Below, piece after piece: positions 46,758-57,138 of a stretch of 64,000 nt of DNA (positions are counted from its first letter, which is position 1; each line of letters starts with the position of its first letter). The translations under genes were made by a program, and so were the position numbers. The DNA is taken from the NCBI GenBank assembly GCA_041750285.1, contig JBGSZS010000016.1, positions 32,001-96,000 of the forward strand, in the 5' to 3' direction. The notes below the pieces were generated by a model, which did not search any database, was not told the DNA's origin, and worked only from the letters and a program-made list of their open reading frames with translations. This stretch comes from Candidatus Fermentibacteraceae bacterium (GTDB taxonomy: Bacteria > Fermentibacterota > Fermentibacteria > Fermentibacterales > JCC-6).

Positions 46758-49700
46758 GTGACGGAACGCCCGCGCTCCTCTCCGGGGACATGCAGCATCC
46801 CCGAAGAGAACCGAAAGGTTGCCGTTCTGACCTTCAGTGCAGACGGGCTCGACGGTCTCATCAACGTGCTCGATCCGCCCGTCGTCCTGAGTTACCTCGA
46901 TTCGCTCTTCACGGACCTGCGCAGATCGGTGAACGATTTCGACGGGGATGTGAAGGAATCCGACGGCTCGAGGTTTGCCGCCGTCTTCGCTCCCGTAAGG
47001 TACGGAATGCGCCAGTGTCTGCAGTCCGTGGAGTGCGCGGTGCAGCTCATGCAGAAGTTCGGCGACCTCACCCGGGCCCTTCGTGAGAAGGGCATGGAGA
47101 TACACTGCAGGGTGGGGATCGCATGGGGGCCCGCAAACGAGTCCACCTTCGGGATGTCCGCAGCTTTGCAGGAAGCAGCGGGTGCCGACGGCATGCTCGC
47201 CTCTCCCGAAGTTGCCGGCATGTCGGCGGACAAATGGGACTGGGAGCGCTTCGAATCGGCAGCGAACGGTCTCAGGGCCATGCGGATCTCATCCAGGAAG
47301 GACCCGGTCGGTTCCCCGGCTTTTGCTCCCGGCCACCCTTTGTACGAAACCATGACGGCATCATGGGAGGATTTCCTGAAGGAGGGCGACGGGGCGTCAT
47401 GGGGTGTGGCCATCATCGGTGACCAGGGGCTCGGGAAGAACATCCTCGCCGAGGAGTATGCGGCAAGCATATCCCGCGGATCCGAGAGGGTCGTGGTGTG
47501 CAGCGGATTCAACAGGGAGGGACAGCCTCCCATGGGGATGTGGTTCGTGATCGGGGGGGAAAGGGCGAGGCCGGGCGGCGAGCATCTGCCGATATGGCTC
47601 GCCGGCGCGCTGAGGGAACTGGCCGGGACGAACAGAAGGGCCATCGTTCTTGTCCGCGACGTTCACTGCGCGGACGAGTCTTCCCTGAAGGTCCTCTCAA
47701 GGCTGCTCGTGATGCCGCCGGAGGGATTGTCGCTCTTCTTCATACTTGTGGGCGAGCGCATTCCCGAACAGCTGCCTGCGAACAGGTTGAACATAGTCAG
47801 GCCTTCGCCCCTCGACAGAGCCCGGATAACGTCATTCGTGAACAGCGCTCTCGACGGCGCCAAGCAGGCGGGGCTGGTCGACTCGCTTTCCTACTACCTC
47901 CACAAGTCGACCCTTGGATTCCCCGTGTTCGTCCATCAGACACTTCTCTACATGGTCTCACGGGGAATTCTGGCCAAGGGGGAGGACGGTGTATGGAGGC
48001 CGCTGCGAAAGCTCACGGGCATGCCCCCCTCCGTGGAAGCGGTCCTTCACGGCAGGATGGCGGGCCTTCCCCCGGAGATGCGTGCCGGACTGCAGCTGGC
48101 GGGGCTTCTTGGCCGAAGCTTCAGACGCGACCTCTTTCTCCGGGTACACCAGTCCATATGGGGTTCCGACGGCGAACCCGTTCTGGAGGGACTTGTTGTT
48201 GCCGGTTTCCTCACCGGGCACGACCAGTACTGCCACTTCAGGGGAAGCCAGATGGCGGCCGCGGCGGAGAGCCTCCTGACATCGGAAAACGCCGGCAGGA
48301 TCCATCGTACCGCTGCGGCATTGCTCGCTGAAGGCCGCTCTCCCCGGTCCGATGAGCCCTGCGCGCTCGAAACCGCGAACCACCTGGCCGCCGCGGGCCT
48401 CCATGAAGACGCGCTTCCCTGGGCACTGGCGGCCCTTGAACAGATGGTCTCGGTCCTCGATTGCGAAGGCGGCCTCCATCTGCTGGATCGGATCAGGGAT
48501 TGGCCCGTTGGACCCTTCGATACCGAAACCGAGCGCAAGGCCGTTCACGCGGAATTCAAACTCAAGGCGCACAAGGGCTGTTTTCAGGAAGCGTTCGCGA
48601 TCTACGACAGGGCCCTTTCCCTTGCACGTCCATCCGACATCCCGGTGCTTGAACTCATAAAGGCAAGGATACTGGCGGAAACAGGCGAAAACCTTCAGGC
48701 CGTCGCCCTTCTGGAGAGACTGCTTCAGAGCTCTGAACCGGGCGGGGAGATCATGGCCATAGTCCTCTCCAGGCTCAGCAAGCTCTTCGCGCAGCTTGGA
48801 AACATGCAGAAGTCCAGGGAATACCAGGACAAGGCGCTGGAACTGGTTGACCGGAACCCTGACCTCATGGAGTGCATCCTGGGCAACCTTGCCATGACCA
48901 GGCTTCTGGCCGGAGATACGGTCAAGGCCGAGGAACTCTGCCGCAAAGCCATCGACACGAACCGTTTCGGCGGAAACCTGAAGCTCATGGCCACCCTGCT
49001 GGGCGCCCTTTCAATCATTGCGCTGCGAACGGGGCGGGAGAAAGAGGGATTGGAGCTTTCGACGGCGGCCGCCGAGATCCACCGCCGGATCGGAGACAGC
49101 CAGGGTTTGTGCAGTGTTCTGGGAAACACCGGCACAATGCTCGCCCGGTCGGGAAGGCTGGCACCCGCCCTCGAAGCCCTGCACGAAGCCCTGGAGATAG
49201 CCAGGCACCTGGGAAGCACCGCGCTGGTCTCAAACTTCACGCACAGCATCGGAAACATCTTCAGCATCCTCCACAGATACGACGAAGCCGAGGCTCATTT
49301 CATGGAATCGCTGTCAACGGCCGAAACCTCGGGCAACGCAAGGATGATGGCCGCCGTCCTGACCGGCCTCGGAGCGATGAAGATCGGGACCGGCGCCCTG
49401 GACGAAGCCGAGCGCTGCTTCTCAAGGGCAAACAGGATGCATCACAGGGCGGGCAGCATCATCGGGCAGGCCCATTCCCTTTCAGGGGTAGCGCAGGTCC
49501 ATCTGATCAGGGGAGAACCGGAAAAGGCACTGCCAATGGTCGGTGAAGCCGAAGTCCTTGCCTTGGCGGGGGGCGATCCGCAAGCCGCCGTCGACATCCG
49601 TTTCCTGAAGGCCAGGATCCTTCTGGCCCTGGGCATGAAGAACGAGGCCCTCGAAGTCTATCAGGATGCGTGCAGGGGGTGCGCCGAGCAAGGTATGACC

Positions 49701-49775
49701 GTCGGCGGCACCGAACACAAGTCGGCCGTCGAAGAGGAGATGACCAGCCTCGGCATGACCTTTCAGATCGAATAG
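46758..49775 (+). CDS. Degenerate class III cyclase + STAND ATPase + TPR protein
   Basis: ENRKVAVL..RVGIAWG cyclase-like region; GDQGLGK; VRDVHCAD; C-terminal TPRs. Start uncertain. Confidence 0.78.
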   Translation: MTERPRSSPGTCSIPEENRKVAVLTFSADGLDGLINVLDPPVVLSYLDSLFTDLRRSVNDFDGDVKESDGSRFAAVFAPVRYGMRQCLQSVECAVQLMQKFGDLTRALREKGMEIHCRVGIAWGPANESTFGMSAALQEAAGADGMLASPEVAGMSADKWDWERFESAANGLRAMRISSRKDPVGSPAFAPGHPLYETMTASWEDFLKEGDGASWGVAIIGDQGLGKNILAEEYAASISRGSERVVVCSGFNREGQPPMGMWFVIGGERARPGGEHLPIWLAGALRELAGTNRRAIVLVRDVHCADESSLKVLSRLLVMPPEGLSLFFILVGERIPEQLPANRLNIVRPSPLDRARITSFVNSALDGAKQAGLVDSLSYYLHKSTLGFPVFVHQTLLYMVSRGILAKGEDGVWRPLRKLTGMPPSVEAVLHGRMAGLPPEMRAGLQLAGLLGRSFRRDLFLRVHQSIWGSDGEPVLEGLVVAGFLTGHDQYCHFRGSQMAAAAESLLTSENAGRIHRTAAALLAEGRSPRSDEPCALETANHLAAAGLHEDALPWALAALEQMVSVLDCEGGLHLLDRIRDWPVGPFDTETERKAVHAEFKLKAHKGCFQEAFAIYDRALSLARPSDIPVLELIKARILAETGENLQAVALLERLLQSSEPGGEIMAIVLSRLSKLFAQLGNMQKSREYQDKALELVDRNPDLMECILGNLAMTRLLAGDTVKAEELCRKAIDTNRFGGNLKLMATLLGALSIIALRTGREKEGLELSTAAAEIHRRIGDSQGLCSVLGNTGTMLARSGRLAPALEALHEALEIARHLGSTALVSNFTHSIGNIFSILHRYDEAEAHFMESLSTAETSGNARMMAAVLTGLGAMKIGTGALDEAERCFSRANRMHHRAGSIIGQAHSLSGVAQVHLIRGEPEKALPMVGEAEVLALAGGDPQAAVDIRFLKARILLALGMKNEALEVYQDACRGCAEQGMTVGGTEHKSAVEEEMTSLGMTFQIE

Positions 49776-51100
49776 AGCGCTGACAGGTAGAATCTGGCGT
49801 CGCCCGGTCCAAGGTCGACGGGAAAACCGGCCCCTGCGTCGTATCTGAGCCTTCCCGTTCCTCCCCTCAGGCCCGCCCCTATCGAAACCGGTTTCGAAAG
49901 CCCCCCGAGTGTTTCCAGCAGACCGATGTCCGAGAAGACGTACAGCCTTGTCGCAGTCTCGCCGACCGACACCTCGGGAGAGACCACCCCCCATCTGCCT
50001 GCCCTGAAAACGTTCTCGGGGTAACCCCTCAGCGTCCCGTACCCCCCAAGCCTCCACAGCCCCGATGTCAGCCAGCCGCCCTGCAGGATGCCTCCCCCCT
50101 TGATGCCGAGACCGAACCCGAAGACGCCCCGGTAGGCCACGACCGAAGCCGAGCCCTCTGCCGTCGCCATGAACCAGGTGGACAGGGAGTCGGCAGCAGG
50201 GTCGGACGCCGTTCCGCCGGTCGTGGAAAGCGTTCCGGAAAACCCCTCTCTTCCCTGCGGAACCCTTTCGGTGAAGTCCCAGGCCAGACCGACCTCTCCG
50301 TAATCGTAACGCTGCCTCTCTCCTCCAGCGGGCCATCCCGACCATGAACCGCCGCCGCCAGATACCTCGATCCCGCCAAGATCGTAGAATAGAAGGGTTT
50401 CCCACCTGCGGTTCACGCTTCCGGAGTCGGGTATCTCCTGACTGAGGAACACGCTGAACCCCGCCGGCGTTCCGAACAGCCAGGGTTCCCTGTAGAGGAA
50501 CGATCCGTCGATGCCGAATCCGGTTGCACGGGCGGAGAGTTCAAGCCTCCGTCCCCCCCCGAAGAGGTTGGAAAGAACCAGTTCCCCGCCACCCAGAACG
50601 CCCGACGCCTCACCGTAGGACATGCCTCCCGAGAACCAGCCGGGGCTTGCCTCCTCGACGGGCAGGTAGATGACGATGTCACCCATCGGGCCGAGATAGA
50701 GTTCGGGAACACCCACCCCCTCAAGAAAATCCAGCCGATCAAGCGCGTCGAGCCATCTCGAAACGGCTTCGGGATCGTAGGTGTCGCCGGGCTCGAGCGA
50801 AAGCCGCCGGAGCAGCAGACCCGGCCTTGTGCGCATCCCCTCCGGGAAGCGGACCCCCTCCAGTGAAGCCCTTCTTCCAGGAACCAGGTTGATCATGAGG
50901 GTGTCGGGGGATGAAAGGTACATACCCGCCGAGGCGAAGGGATAGCCCATGGAGAGGTACCAGGCCAGTATATCCCGGCTCAGGTCGGAGAGTGCGTCGT
51001 CGGAGATCTCCACCTCGATCCCGGTTGGCGGAAAGGGAGGCGAACCGGAGAAGCCGACAGCGGCAATTGCTTCCAGAACAAGCAGGACAAGGGCGTTCAG
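49763..51100 (-). CDS. Omp85/TamA-like protein (POTRA + beta-barrel)
   Basis: YLSMGYPFA POTRA; NLFGGGRRL, YREPWLFG, LGGYGTLRGY. Start uncertain. Confidence 0.8.
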   Translation of the reverse strand: MNALVLLVLEAIAAVGFSGSPPFPPTGIEVEISDDALSDLSRDILAWYLSMGYPFASAGMYLSSPDTLMINLVPGRRASLEGVRFPEGMRTRPGLLLRRLSLEPGDTYDPEAVSRWLDALDRLDFLEGVGVPELYLGPMGDIVIYLPVEEASPGWFSGGMSYGEASGVLGGGELVLSNLFGGGRRLELSARATGFGIDGSFLYREPWLFGTPAGFSVFLSQEIPDSGSVNRRWETLLFYDLGGIEVSGGGGSWSGWPAGGERQRYDYGEVGLAWDFTERVPQGREGFSGTLSTTGGTASDPAADSLSTWFMATAEGSASVVAYRGVFGFGLGIKGGGILQGGWLTSGLWRLGGYGTLRGYPENVFRAGRWGVVSPEVSVGETATRLYVFSDIGLLETLGGLSKPVSIGAGLRGGTGRLRYDAGAGFPVDLGPGDARFYLSALYSI

Positions 51101-54100
51101 AATGACACCGTGCCTTCCAGTCCGCCTGTGCGCGTCCACTCCCCGCCGGCCGGGCGCCTGCCCCGGAAAAAGAGGGAAAGACGTATCCAGCGGCCAAGGT
51201 TCCTGCCAGCGTTGACACTTCCGTCAAGGGTCACACCCCGGTTGACGCCATCGAAGAACCATGAGGGAAGATCGCCTTCACCGGGGATGAGGGATACTGA
51301 GTATGAGGCGCTCGTGATCCAACCGCCTGTGTTGACCGAGAGGTGGGGACGCAGACCGTATGATGTCTCGGAGAGGAGGGTCGAACTCTCGCGCCTGCTG
51401 TCCGCTGAGAGCTCCACTCCGGCGGTTATCCCCGGTGTGGGAAGGTACCGGGGGTCAGCGGAGAGGAGCAGTCCGGTGATGCTTCTCGGGCCGTAGAGGT
51501 CGTCATCCTTCCTGGAAACCCTGCCGGAGAGCTCCAGCTCCACCACCCGGTCGAGGCGAAGAAGGGGAGTCAGACGCGCCGACCGTTCCGTGCTCCTTCT
51601 CCGGCCGGAACCGCTTAGGGTTTCCCGATGATCGGAAGCGGAGAGCCTGAGCGTGAACCTCCTCAAGACCCCCTCCTCCCATGAGAGCCAGGGCGCCAGG
51701 GACACCGACCACTCACCCGGGCTTTCGGAATCGAACGCACCCGCAAGAGTGAAGGTCTTCAGCCTGTCGTACGGGTCGGAGGCCTGGAGGATCAGGCTTC
51801 CGTCAAGACCCACGCCCTCATCCCTGTAGTAGCCCGAACTTTTCAGGCCGCACTCCAGAACCTTCTCCTCGCCTTCGCCTGACTGGAAGGACCTGTCGTA
51901 CTCGCCTCCGGGGTCCGGGTAGTACTCGCCCGTTTCCGGGTCGTAGCTGTAGTCGCCGTTCCCCTCGCCGACCCATGTGTATATGATCTCGACCGATCTA
52001 CCCAGATACCCTCCGGCGGAGTAGTCGGTATGCGACCACCAGCCGGTACCGTTAAGGGAAAGCCCCAGTTTCATCGCATCGGCCCGGCTGATCCCCCCCC
52101 CGGGGAACCAGCTCGTGGAATGGTTGTAGGTGCCGTCGAGGTCCCATGTCGCACCCCTCCCCTCCCCGGAGACGCCGGCCCTCGCCATCCTGTCGGGCAG
52201 GCCGCTTCCGTTGCGGCGGTCAAGAGCCCCTCCGGCGAAGACCCTGAAGTTCCACGGCCCCCTTTCCAGAAGGGTTCCCAATTCCCCGTCGTGAAGCCAT
52301 CCGGAAAGACTGTCGGCCCATGACTCCCTGGCGGTGGAAAGTGAGAGGAACGGCGTAAAGGCGCCGGCCCGGTATGAAAGGTTCGAACCGGCACCGACCC
52401 TGTTCCCGTCGGTCAGTTCGGGAGCCCCTGCCCTTCTGCCCGCCCCTCCCTCAAGCTCGAGCGTGAGGTTCGAAAGGGGTATCAAAACATCGGCCCCAAT
52501 GATCTCCACCGAACCGCCGTCGGCCAGAAACCTCCTTCCGGCTGACAGGTTGGCCTTCTCGGAGGCAAGCCCGGCTTCGCCATAGGAATCGTTCCCCGTG
52601 AAACCGGCAGGAAGCAGCCATCGGGAAAGGTCGTTGTCGGAGTCGGATTCGTCAGGGAATGAGAAACCGCCGGACACCATGCGTCCCCTGGCGAAAAGGG
52701 AGGGACCGTCGGACCAGGGTTCAAGGACCAGCCCGGTGGAGAAGAAAGAGCCCTCCCTGGTTGTTCCGGCGGTGTTGAAAAGGTTCCCCTCCCGCTTCGA
52801 GACCCAGCCGGAAGCCTCGGCGGAAAGCGTTCCGTATTCGCCGTGAAGTGTTATGCCGCCCAGCTCCCTCATCGCCGGAATGTCGATGTACCTTCTGGGC
52901 AGGTGTGTTCCTTCACCCTCGGCAACCCAACTGTAACCACCGGTGACCGAGTCGTACTCGTAATCACCCGGGCCGGCGGGCGGCCTTTGAAACGTCACAT
53001 CCCACTCCCCCCCCCCGGGGCCCAGGTAGACGAAGTGCCCGAGGCTGTCGACTCCGTACGAACCCTCGCCCTCACCGAGATAGGTGGCACCGGAAAGCCA
53101 GGCGTCCGACGGGTTCTCACCCGCGTTCCTCAACACTTCCTCAGCCTCGGGGCTCATCACGAACCCGAGCGGGGAACCGGTGTCGTCACCCTCACGGAAG
53201 AATCCTGACTCGATGCCAATATCACCCGAACCCAGGGAGACCGCTCCGGTCATGACTCCCCTGCGGAAGCCGTCACCCTCGCGGTAGCAGGTGGCCTCGA
53301 CCCGCTGGTCCCTCCGGATCAGCCTGGCTGCAGTGAACGTGAGCCTTCCACCCGGGTAATCAACGGTGTAGTCCGCGGAACTCCCCCTGCTGAGAAGCAC
53401 ACCGTCGAGGTAGATCCTCTCGCTCCCCGGGGTGACGCCCGAAGGTGCGAACGAATAGGGACCCTGAACGCCCTCCTGGGTCAGGAAGACTGCATGGTAG
53501 CGCCTGGCCCCTGTTATGCCGTAGCCCATGCCTCCCGTCAGTGCGTCACCGGGGGAGACGGTGCCGGCAAAACCGCTGAGACTCCTTCTGTAACGCAGGG
53601 GAGTGAGGCCGTCGCCCGTCCTCTCCCTCTCCATGTCTCCCAGTTCAGCCGCCCAGGCTTTTCCTTCGACAAGGAGGTTCACCCTGTCAAGCTCCGACAG
53701 GGCTTCCGATGACGCGGCTCCCAGTGGGAGGCTCTCGTCGGTTATCGCGCCGCGGACCGTCACTCCCGGAACGAGTGTGCCGTCAAGCGAGAGCCTGGTG
53801 CCCTGCACGAGCCCCCCGTCCGACCCGAGCGAGACACCAAGCCTTTTTACTCCGCTGATGTAAAGGCCCTCACCTGCCGGAGAGACCCGGTGTGAAGGCC
53901 TGATGTCAACAGGAAGACGCGCCAGGGGTTCGAGGCGAAGCTCAACCGAGTTCGGCCGTCCGACGGGAAGTGTGTCGAAGACCAGTTCGACTGCAATCCC
54001 GGCGGCCGGAGGGGGTTCGACCTTGAGCCCGACAACCGCCCCCCGGGCTGAGTTGAATGCCCGGAGCGTGTCGCCGTCGACCACCGCGAAGGAACTCCCG

Positions 54101-54201
54101 GGAGAGACCCATACGGAATCGGGAATGGGGAAGAACCCTGTGCCGTCGCTGATAGTGGTGATCGAGAGAGCCGACAGCAGCCCGAGGACGGGGAACGTCA
54201 C
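51097..54201 (-). CDS. Large exported/outer-membrane protein
   Basis: Signal peptide; QEGVQGPY, GSERIYLDG..DYTVDY..G.LTF; amphipathic beta C-terminus ending in Phe. Confidence 0.72.
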   Translation of the reverse strand: MTFPVLGLLSALSITTISDGTGFFPIPDSVWVSPGSSFAVVDGDTLRAFNSARGAVVGLKVEPPPAAGIAVELVFDTLPVGRPNSVELRLEPLARLPVDIRPSHRVSPAGEGLYISGVKRLGVSLGSDGGLVQGTRLSLDGTLVPGVTVRGAITDESLPLGAASSEALSELDRVNLLVEGKAWAAELGDMERERTGDGLTPLRYRRSLSGFAGTVSPGDALTGGMGYGITGARRYHAVFLTQEGVQGPYSFAPSGVTPGSERIYLDGVLLSRGSSADYTVDYPGGRLTFTAARLIRRDQRVEATCYREGDGFRRGVMTGAVSLGSGDIGIESGFFREGDDTGSPLGFVMSPEAEEVLRNAGENPSDAWLSGATYLGEGEGSYGVDSLGHFVYLGPGGGEWDVTFQRPPAGPGDYEYDSVTGGYSWVAEGEGTHLPRRYIDIPAMRELGGITLHGEYGTLSAEASGWVSKREGNLFNTAGTTREGSFFSTGLVLEPWSDGPSLFARGRMVSGGFSFPDESDSDNDLSRWLLPAGFTGNDSYGEAGLASEKANLSAGRRFLADGGSVEIIGADVLIPLSNLTLELEGGAGRRAGAPELTDGNRVGAGSNLSYRAGAFTPFLSLSTARESWADSLSGWLHDGELGTLLERGPWNFRVFAGGALDRRNGSGLPDRMARAGVSGEGRGATWDLDGTYNHSTSWFPGGGISRADAMKLGLSLNGTGWWSHTDYSAGGYLGRSVEIIYTWVGEGNGDYSYDPETGEYYPDPGGEYDRSFQSGEGEEKVLECGLKSSGYYRDEGVGLDGSLILQASDPYDRLKTFTLAGAFDSESPGEWSVSLAPWLSWEEGVLRRFTLRLSASDHRETLSGSGRRRSTERSARLTPLLRLDRVVELELSGRVSRKDDDLYGPRSITGLLLSADPRYLPTPGITAGVELSADSRRESSTLLSETSYGLRPHLSVNTGGWITSASYSVSLIPGEGDLPSWFFDGVNRGVTLDGSVNAGRNLGRWIRLSLFFRGRRPAGGEWTRTGGLEGTVSF

Positions 54202-54890
54202 TCCAGCACCAGGGGGGGGTTACCGCCGCCCCAGAGCACGATGATCCCGCCGCCGGGCTGGGCGGACACCCTTGTGTGATAAACGGGATGGAGCAGCGTG
54301 TCTCCGTCAGCCCCGTACAGCACTGAATCACGCAGCAGAAGAACATGCCCGCCGTAGGGACAGCCCTCGCCCCGTGGGCTCAGCAGAAGCGGCGCTTCCC
54401 CCTCACGGATACGGCTGACGCCGCCTCCCGACAGGATGCCTTCACCCCGCTGGAAAAACAGCCGCCCCGAAGAGGGGGCATCGCGGGAAACGACCAGACC
54501 GTCTGTGTTGAGGACCTCGCCCCTTTCGGTCTCGATGTACCAGACCGACATGCCCGAGAGGACCAGGTCACCAGGGGTTCCCGGAACTGAGGTTGTGGAA
54601 AGAGGCCTTACGAACCTGTCGAAGACCGTTATGGTTCCGGCTGCATCGGACACCAGGAACCCGCCGGTACCATCGAGGCAGAGCCCGGCCGGTCGTTGCA
54701 GACCGTCTAGCAGGAATCGCGAGGGTTCTCCCGAGGGAGGGACGATGTGAAGCTCGGGCCTTCCCTCGGTGAGGACCCAGACCGACCCGTCCCTTGCCAC
54801 CTCGAGATCGGCGTAGTTCCCCGGCGGGAAAAGGTGCAGGAAGAGGAGCGGGAGGCTAGCGAACCACTGCGAAACGACCGCACTCCACAT
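54198..54890 (-). CDS. NHL/beta-propeller-like exported protein
   Basis: DGSVWV, LQRPAGLCLDG.GGFLVSD blades. Start uncertain. Confidence 0.55.
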   Translation of the reverse strand: MWSAVVSQWFASLPLLFLHLFPPGNYADLEVARDGSVWVLTEGRPELHIVPPSGEPSRFLLDGLQRPAGLCLDGTGGFLVSDAAGTITVFDRFVRPLSTTSVPGTPGDLVLSGMSVWYIETERGEVLNTDGLVVSRDAPSSGRLFFQRGEGILSGGGVSRIREGEAPLLLSPRGEGCPYGGHVLLLRDSVLYGADGDTLLHPVYHTRVSAQPGGGIIVLWGGGNPPLVLE

Positions 54891-56484
54891 TTTCACCCCG
54901 AACCAGGCGGTAGAAGTAGATCCCCGATGCCAGCCCTCCTGCGCCGGTGTAAACGATCACCCTTTCACCGGAAGGCTGGTGGCCGAAATCGCGGGTGTCC
55001 ACCACGGAGCCGGTCTGGTCGAAGACGGCCAGACTGACCGGAGCTCCCTGGGAAACGAACTGGAAGTACAGGTCCCCGAGACAGGGGTTGGGGTAAACGG
55101 CGAGCCCGCCCCCCACGCTGCCCGCCGAGGCGGTCACCGAAAGGCCCGCAAAGGCATTGTTGATCAGCAGAAGAGTTCCGGGCTCGTCGAGGGGGACCGC
55201 GACATCGCCCGTTCCGCTCACGTTCACCGGTGTCAGGTCGGTTTCGGTCAGAAGGTAGGCCTCCATGTTGCCGATACCCGATGCCCCGATGCGCAGGCTT
55301 CCGGAGAGACCTTCCGTGATCCGGTAGTAGAGCCCCTGGTAGGAACCGATGTCGAGTTCGGGCCCCTGCCATGGTGTTTCATCGACGATGCCTGTCCAGT
55401 CGAGACCCGGGCGGTTGCCGGGCAGAACGGTGTCGATCGAGGCCATCGTGAAGCCATCCCAGCCGTAGCCGCGGCCGGCGTCGTCTATGAAGCACGAAAG
55501 CATCCAGTCTCTCATGATGCTGTCAAACACCGGGGTCTGGCCCGTCGCAAGGGCGATCGACTCCTCTATGTTCGCCACCCCGCGCGCATCGGAGCGGATG
55601 GAGTTCCAGATGAAGTCGCGACCGCCGTAGTTCTCCATCAGGTATGAGAAGAACAGAAAGCCCGCCCCGTAGCCGGCAACGTATCTGATGTCCGTGAAGT
55701 CGTAGCTGGTCCAGTTGATCGGGGTCACCCCGCCGGTCTCGAGAAAGGTCTCGACCTGAAAGGCATTGTAGCCGCAGACGTAGGGCCCGGTCTGGGCCTG
55801 GTTCTCGAGCACCCAGAGTTCCTGTGAGCTGAAGGGCTTGATCCCCCAATGGATGAGGTGTACGAGCTCGTGGCTCGCCACGAAGGAGGCGTCGGACACC
55901 CTGCCCGGGCTGCAGTCGACGTAGAGGAGCTCAACCTCGTTGGAATGACCGCCGTAGTACAACCGTGCCTCGAACTCGGTGAACTGGTTGTAGGGGGAGA
56001 AGTAGCCCGCGATGTACCCGGGATTCGTCACGGGGTCCCAGCCGTCGGGTATGTCGAGGACCAGTATGTATGCCCTGGGGTCGTCATCGAGTTCATCGGG
56101 TATCGGGCCGAAATTGTACTCCAGGTTCGCGATGATCCCGGCCGGGCCTTCCAGTTCTTCGTACAGGCTGTCCACCCCGCTCTGGTCGAAGCTCCTGCTC
56201 TCCCACTGGGTGTCCTCGACGAAAATGTAGGTTTCCTCCCCGACGGCCCGGCATGTGGCCGAGGTCAGGTAGAAGGTGGTGTACTCGTCAACGAAGCTTT
56301 GGGCCCAGAAATTGACGACGTCTCCCACCTGATGCCCGCCGGAAAGCAGGGCAAGCTCTCCCGTGGGGGGGTACATGGGATTGTGCCTCTGGTTGATCCC
56401 GATGATATCGGGGTAGAAGAAAGTGCCGCTCACCGGCATTGGTCTTGACGCCAAAAGGAGCAGAAGCGGAAGGAGCGGTCCCAT
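54856..56484 (-). CDS. Secreted HExxH metallopeptidase (M30/hyicolysin-like) with T9SS-type CTD
   Basis: IAGYFSP, SHELVHLIH..WVLE; CTD VYPNP..LASGIYFYRL; start at MGPLL. Confidence 0.78.
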   Translation of the reverse strand: MGPLLPLLLLLASRPMPVSGTFFYPDIIGINQRHNPMYPPTGELALLSGGHQVGDVVNFWAQSFVDEYTTFYLTSATCRAVGEETYIFVEDTQWESRSFDQSGVDSLYEELEGPAGIIANLEYNFGPIPDELDDDPRAYILVLDIPDGWDPVTNPGYIAGYFSPYNQFTEFEARLYYGGHSNEVELLYVDCSPGRVSDASFVASHELVHLIHWGIKPFSSQELWVLENQAQTGPYVCGYNAFQVETFLETGGVTPINWTSYDFTDIRYVAGYGAGFLFFSYLMENYGGRDFIWNSIRSDARGVANIEESIALATGQTPVFDSIMRDWMLSCFIDDAGRGYGWDGFTMASIDTVLPGNRPGLDWTGIVDETPWQGPELDIGSYQGLYYRITEGLSGSLRIGASGIGNMEAYLLTETDLTPVNVSGTGDVAVPLDEPGTLLLINNAFAGLSVTASAGSVGGGLAVYPNPCLGDLYFQFVSQGAPVSLAVFDQTGSVVDTRDFGHQPSGERVIVYTGAGGLASGIYFYRLVRGENVECGRFAVVR

Positions 56485-57131
56485 CAGAACCTCGCCCCGA
56501 TCGTGAACATCACGGATGAGTAGTCGGAGACTTCGGGAAACGAGATGTCGGTGTACACCCCGGGCCGTGCCGGGTCGAGTAGGGCGGCGTCGATGGCGCT
56601 CACCACGCGGTTCACAACGGCGAACATGGCGATGTAGGTGGTGCGCCGGTACCATTCACGGCTTTCGCGGAGGGCGTCGCGGTACGCCAGGCGCTCGGCT
56701 TCGCTGCTCCAGTTCCAGCCCGTCCCCTCGGGGACCGAGTGCTGCTGGAAGTACTGCTGCTGGGCCACGGGATCGTCGGGGTAATAGTATCTGGCGAGCT
56801 GTCTTATGTATGTGTTGAAGTCGTCGCTGCTCATGTATGCGCCCACATCGTCCTGAAAGTCACGGTTGCTTTCAGACACGTCTATGCCCGCCTTGTTCAG
56901 GGCGAGCCCGCGGAAGTTGTCCTGCTCCCAGGTCGCCTCGATGTAGGAGAGCCCCACACCCATCCAGGTGGCCGCTTCCAGTCCCATGAAAACGAGGCCC
57001 CGGGTCTTGTGTCCCAGGTGGTCCTGCCCCCAGCCCGGAAGCAGGAGGGACCGGGCCATTGCCGCCCTGTCAGCGGAAGCCACCGATACAAGAACGAACG
57101 CAGAGATCAGAAACAGTATTCCGGTTTTCAA
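56484..57131 (-). CDS. DUF5683-like envelope protein
   Basis: RSLLLPGWGQ, NRVVSAIDA; C-terminal Phe. Confidence 0.65.
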   Translation of the reverse strand: MKTGILFLISAFVLVSVASADRAAMARSLLLPGWGQDHLGHKTRGLVFMGLEAATWMGVGLSYIEATWEQDNFRGLALNKAGIDVSESNRDFQDDVGAYMSSDDFNTYIRQLARYYYPDDPVAQQQYFQQHSVPEGTGWNWSSEAERLAYRDALRESREWYRRTTYIAMFAVVNRVVSAIDAALLDPARPGVYTDISFPEVSDYSSVMFTIGARF

Positions 57132-57138
57132 TGCGACC

